Source: Ascidiella aspersa (Eukaryota). Taken from it: a stretch of 64,000 nucleotides of DNA. Positions 61,950 to 64,000 of the stretch are shown piece by piece. The notes beneath the pieces are model-generated. The model was not told the DNA's origin. It saw only the letters and a list, made by a program, of their open reading frames with translations, and ran no database searches. The number at the start of each line of letters is the position of its first letter. Positions within the stretch are counted from its first letter, which is position 1. The translations under genes and the position numbers were made by a program. The DNA lies in assembly GCA_963924565.1 (NCBI GenBank), contig OZ004607.1, forward strand, positions 15,934,001 to 15,998,000. The letters are read 5' to 3'.

Positions 61950-62985
61950 TTGTAATTGTTAACCAATGTTTCGGCAACCTGTTCAAATTGCCTTCTTTAG
62001 GGTGAATAACACTGAACGCTTGTAGTACAATATATGGAAAAAAAACAATGGAAGAAAAAACGCGAGGAACAACATATTAAAACAAAATGCAAAAACTAAT
62101 ATCAACTAAAGTAGGTGTTTGTAGCATGCTAAGAGCTTCATATCTGTTTTGATGTTCATGGTGTTACACTTCTTGTGAATGTTCCAACATTCCAGAAATA
62201 ATATTTTTCCATAGTCTAACTATCGTGGCATTATAGAGCCTGCACCAAAATTAATTGAAGAGCCTTGGGAGGTTTTGTATGGTTCGAAAGGGCAGACTTT
62301 TTTGCGCCATTCTTCGCAACATTCCTTTGGTGTTATTTTCTGCAATCTTAAACAACCTTCCGATATACACCAAACTACAATCTGCACAGGGGATAGAATA
62401 TGCAATCCTTGTTGGTCAAAGAAAATTATGTGGTCTTTTGAGTGACTCTGAGGCTTGTAGAAAAGTATTGGTAGGTTGCATACCAACCGCTAAACCGAAG
62501 TCTCTCAACGCCGTAAGACTTTGATTAGTTTTAATATGCAGATTGTATTTTGATGTATATCGGGAAGACCAAAGGTCGTTAAAGAATCGTCTAAAGAACA
62601 CCAATGGGATATTGTGAAGAATGACATGAAAGTCTGCACTTTTATACCCACAATATCCCCCAAGGCTACAAATGATTCGGTACAGTATCTTTAATAACAC
62701 TAGAGTCAGACTATGGGAAAATATCATTATTGAAATCATGAAACATTCACAAGAAGGGTAACATGATGAAAATCAAAACAGATGTGATGCTCTCAGCAAG
62801 TTAAAAACACCTGCTCAAGGACTAGAGGCTATTTGTGATCGCAATTTTTTTCTTATTGTGTTGTTCCTCAAGTTTTTTCTTCCATTTTTTCCTTTGTGTT
62901 TTTCCATATATTGTATTATGAAAGGTTGGTGTCATTCACCTTGAAAGAAGGCAAACTGAATATGTTGCCGAAACGTTTGTTAACT
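61950..62985 (-). mobile_element. Penelope-like retroelement remnant (GIY-YIG endonuclease end) with an inverted pseudo-LTR
   Basis: Minus-strand translation AYSIPCADCSLVYIG...SSINF...KILFLECWNIHKKCNTMNIKTD. Segment ~61960-62225 recurs, inverted and diverged, at ~62705-62985. Confidence 0.82.
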
Positions 62986-63149
62986 AGCTGTTTTGGTTTA
63001 CTATTATTTGCTTATGTATTCATATTGTAGTCAAAAAATTAAATTACAAATGTTTAACCTTCTAAACAACATGATGTGTTAGTTAAGTAGTCAAATATTA
63101 TGCTGTACTAGATACAAATTTACTATTGCTATTAATGCGTTACCTATAC

Positions 63150-63900
63150 TTCATGTTGCACTTGCACTGAGTATATGATATTGGAAATCACCTTGACCCT
63201 TACAAGATGACATAACCTTGCTTATTATTGACGTTAAGTTGAACCTTGAGTAACCTCTGTAGTACTTGGGAAGATTTCAATGGAAGTTACTATTTAATTT
63301 AATGCGTTTAAGGGAATTCTAAAATCTCTGCACCTGTCATTACACGTTAGCTGATTGCACAATAACACTTGATTGACACTTAATTGTTAGATGAAGGTTA
63401 TTGCAAAGTAATTCACCGCCTGAAATAAACCTGTCACCACACTACATGTCTACATTTGAAGAAAGCACAGTAATAGTTCGCCACCGCTATAGGCCTTAAT
63501 CCAAACTTGGCACTTCAGTATTTACTTTAAGTCACACCTTTGGTGGTAAAACAAAGAAATTTTATTGGTTCCAATTACCCAATATAAATAACCAAATTAG
63601 ATTTAAATCTAACAATCGATAACTTTACTTGGAACATCCCTCATCAAATCTAACTATCCATAATTTCACTTGGAACACCCCTCATCAGTACCTTCCTTCT
63701 TCTTACCCTTTTATTTCTTGTGTCACCAAGTTTTTTTAAAACTTTTTATGATGTGCATGGGTGTACAATTATGTTTTGTGACTTGGAAATCATGAAAGCA
63801 CCACACAACACAAAGAGCAAACTGTATGATTAATAGAAAATTTTCAAGTAATATGGCAAAGTGTACTTAATAACCACTGCCTTTAAATGTATATCTTACC
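63150..63900 (-). mobile_element. Possible highly decayed LINE fragments
   Basis: Only faint motif echoes (e.g. KFGL..GELLLCF, similar to an APE endonuclease; an LETIE*FNYL RT-thumb-like patch lies separately at ~61590). No intact ORF. Confidence 0.25.
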
Positions 63901-64000
63901 ATCACTTTTCTAATACTACTTATTGTTTTCTTTCTTTTCTCTCCTTATTCTGCTACTGACTCCCCTTCTTCATCTTTATCTCTTCGCCATTCTTTTTTAA

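Noticed and set aside
1-64000. CRISPR array, operon or other prokaryotic system
   Set aside because: No regularly spaced direct repeats with unique spacers; all genes are spliced metazoan genes.

Overview
This is eukaryotic, intron-rich animal DNA. It is most likely an ascidian/tunicate, inferred from the Otx N-terminus, the single Otx tail and the compact introns. Three + strand genes were reconstructed by hand from GT-AG exons. EHBP1 has about 26 coding exons (407-31831; NT-C2, CH, bMERB, CAAX). Otx follows after a ~18 kb gene-free interval (49795-52606; K50 homeodomain, WSP motif, Otx tail). The 5' part of PPIP5K/VIP starts at ~54421 and runs off the window. EHBP1-Otx is the same tandem pair seen as EHBP1-OTX1 in vertebrates. 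The 3' EHBP1 introns and the intergenic DNA form a visibly CpG-rich, TE-poor, motif-dense domain that includes a GATA/ETS cluster resembling the ascidian Otx neural a-element. The introns of the flanking genes carry several mobile elements: hAT elements and MITEs, a ~2 kb fold-back palindrome made of two transposon 3' ends, a tRNA-like repeat inserted as a 1.7-mer, and a Penelope-like remnant with inverted pLTRs carrying degenerate hammerhead-ribozyme motifs. There are no CRISPR, rRNA or prokaryotic features. Coordinates were read by eye and may be off by a few bases.
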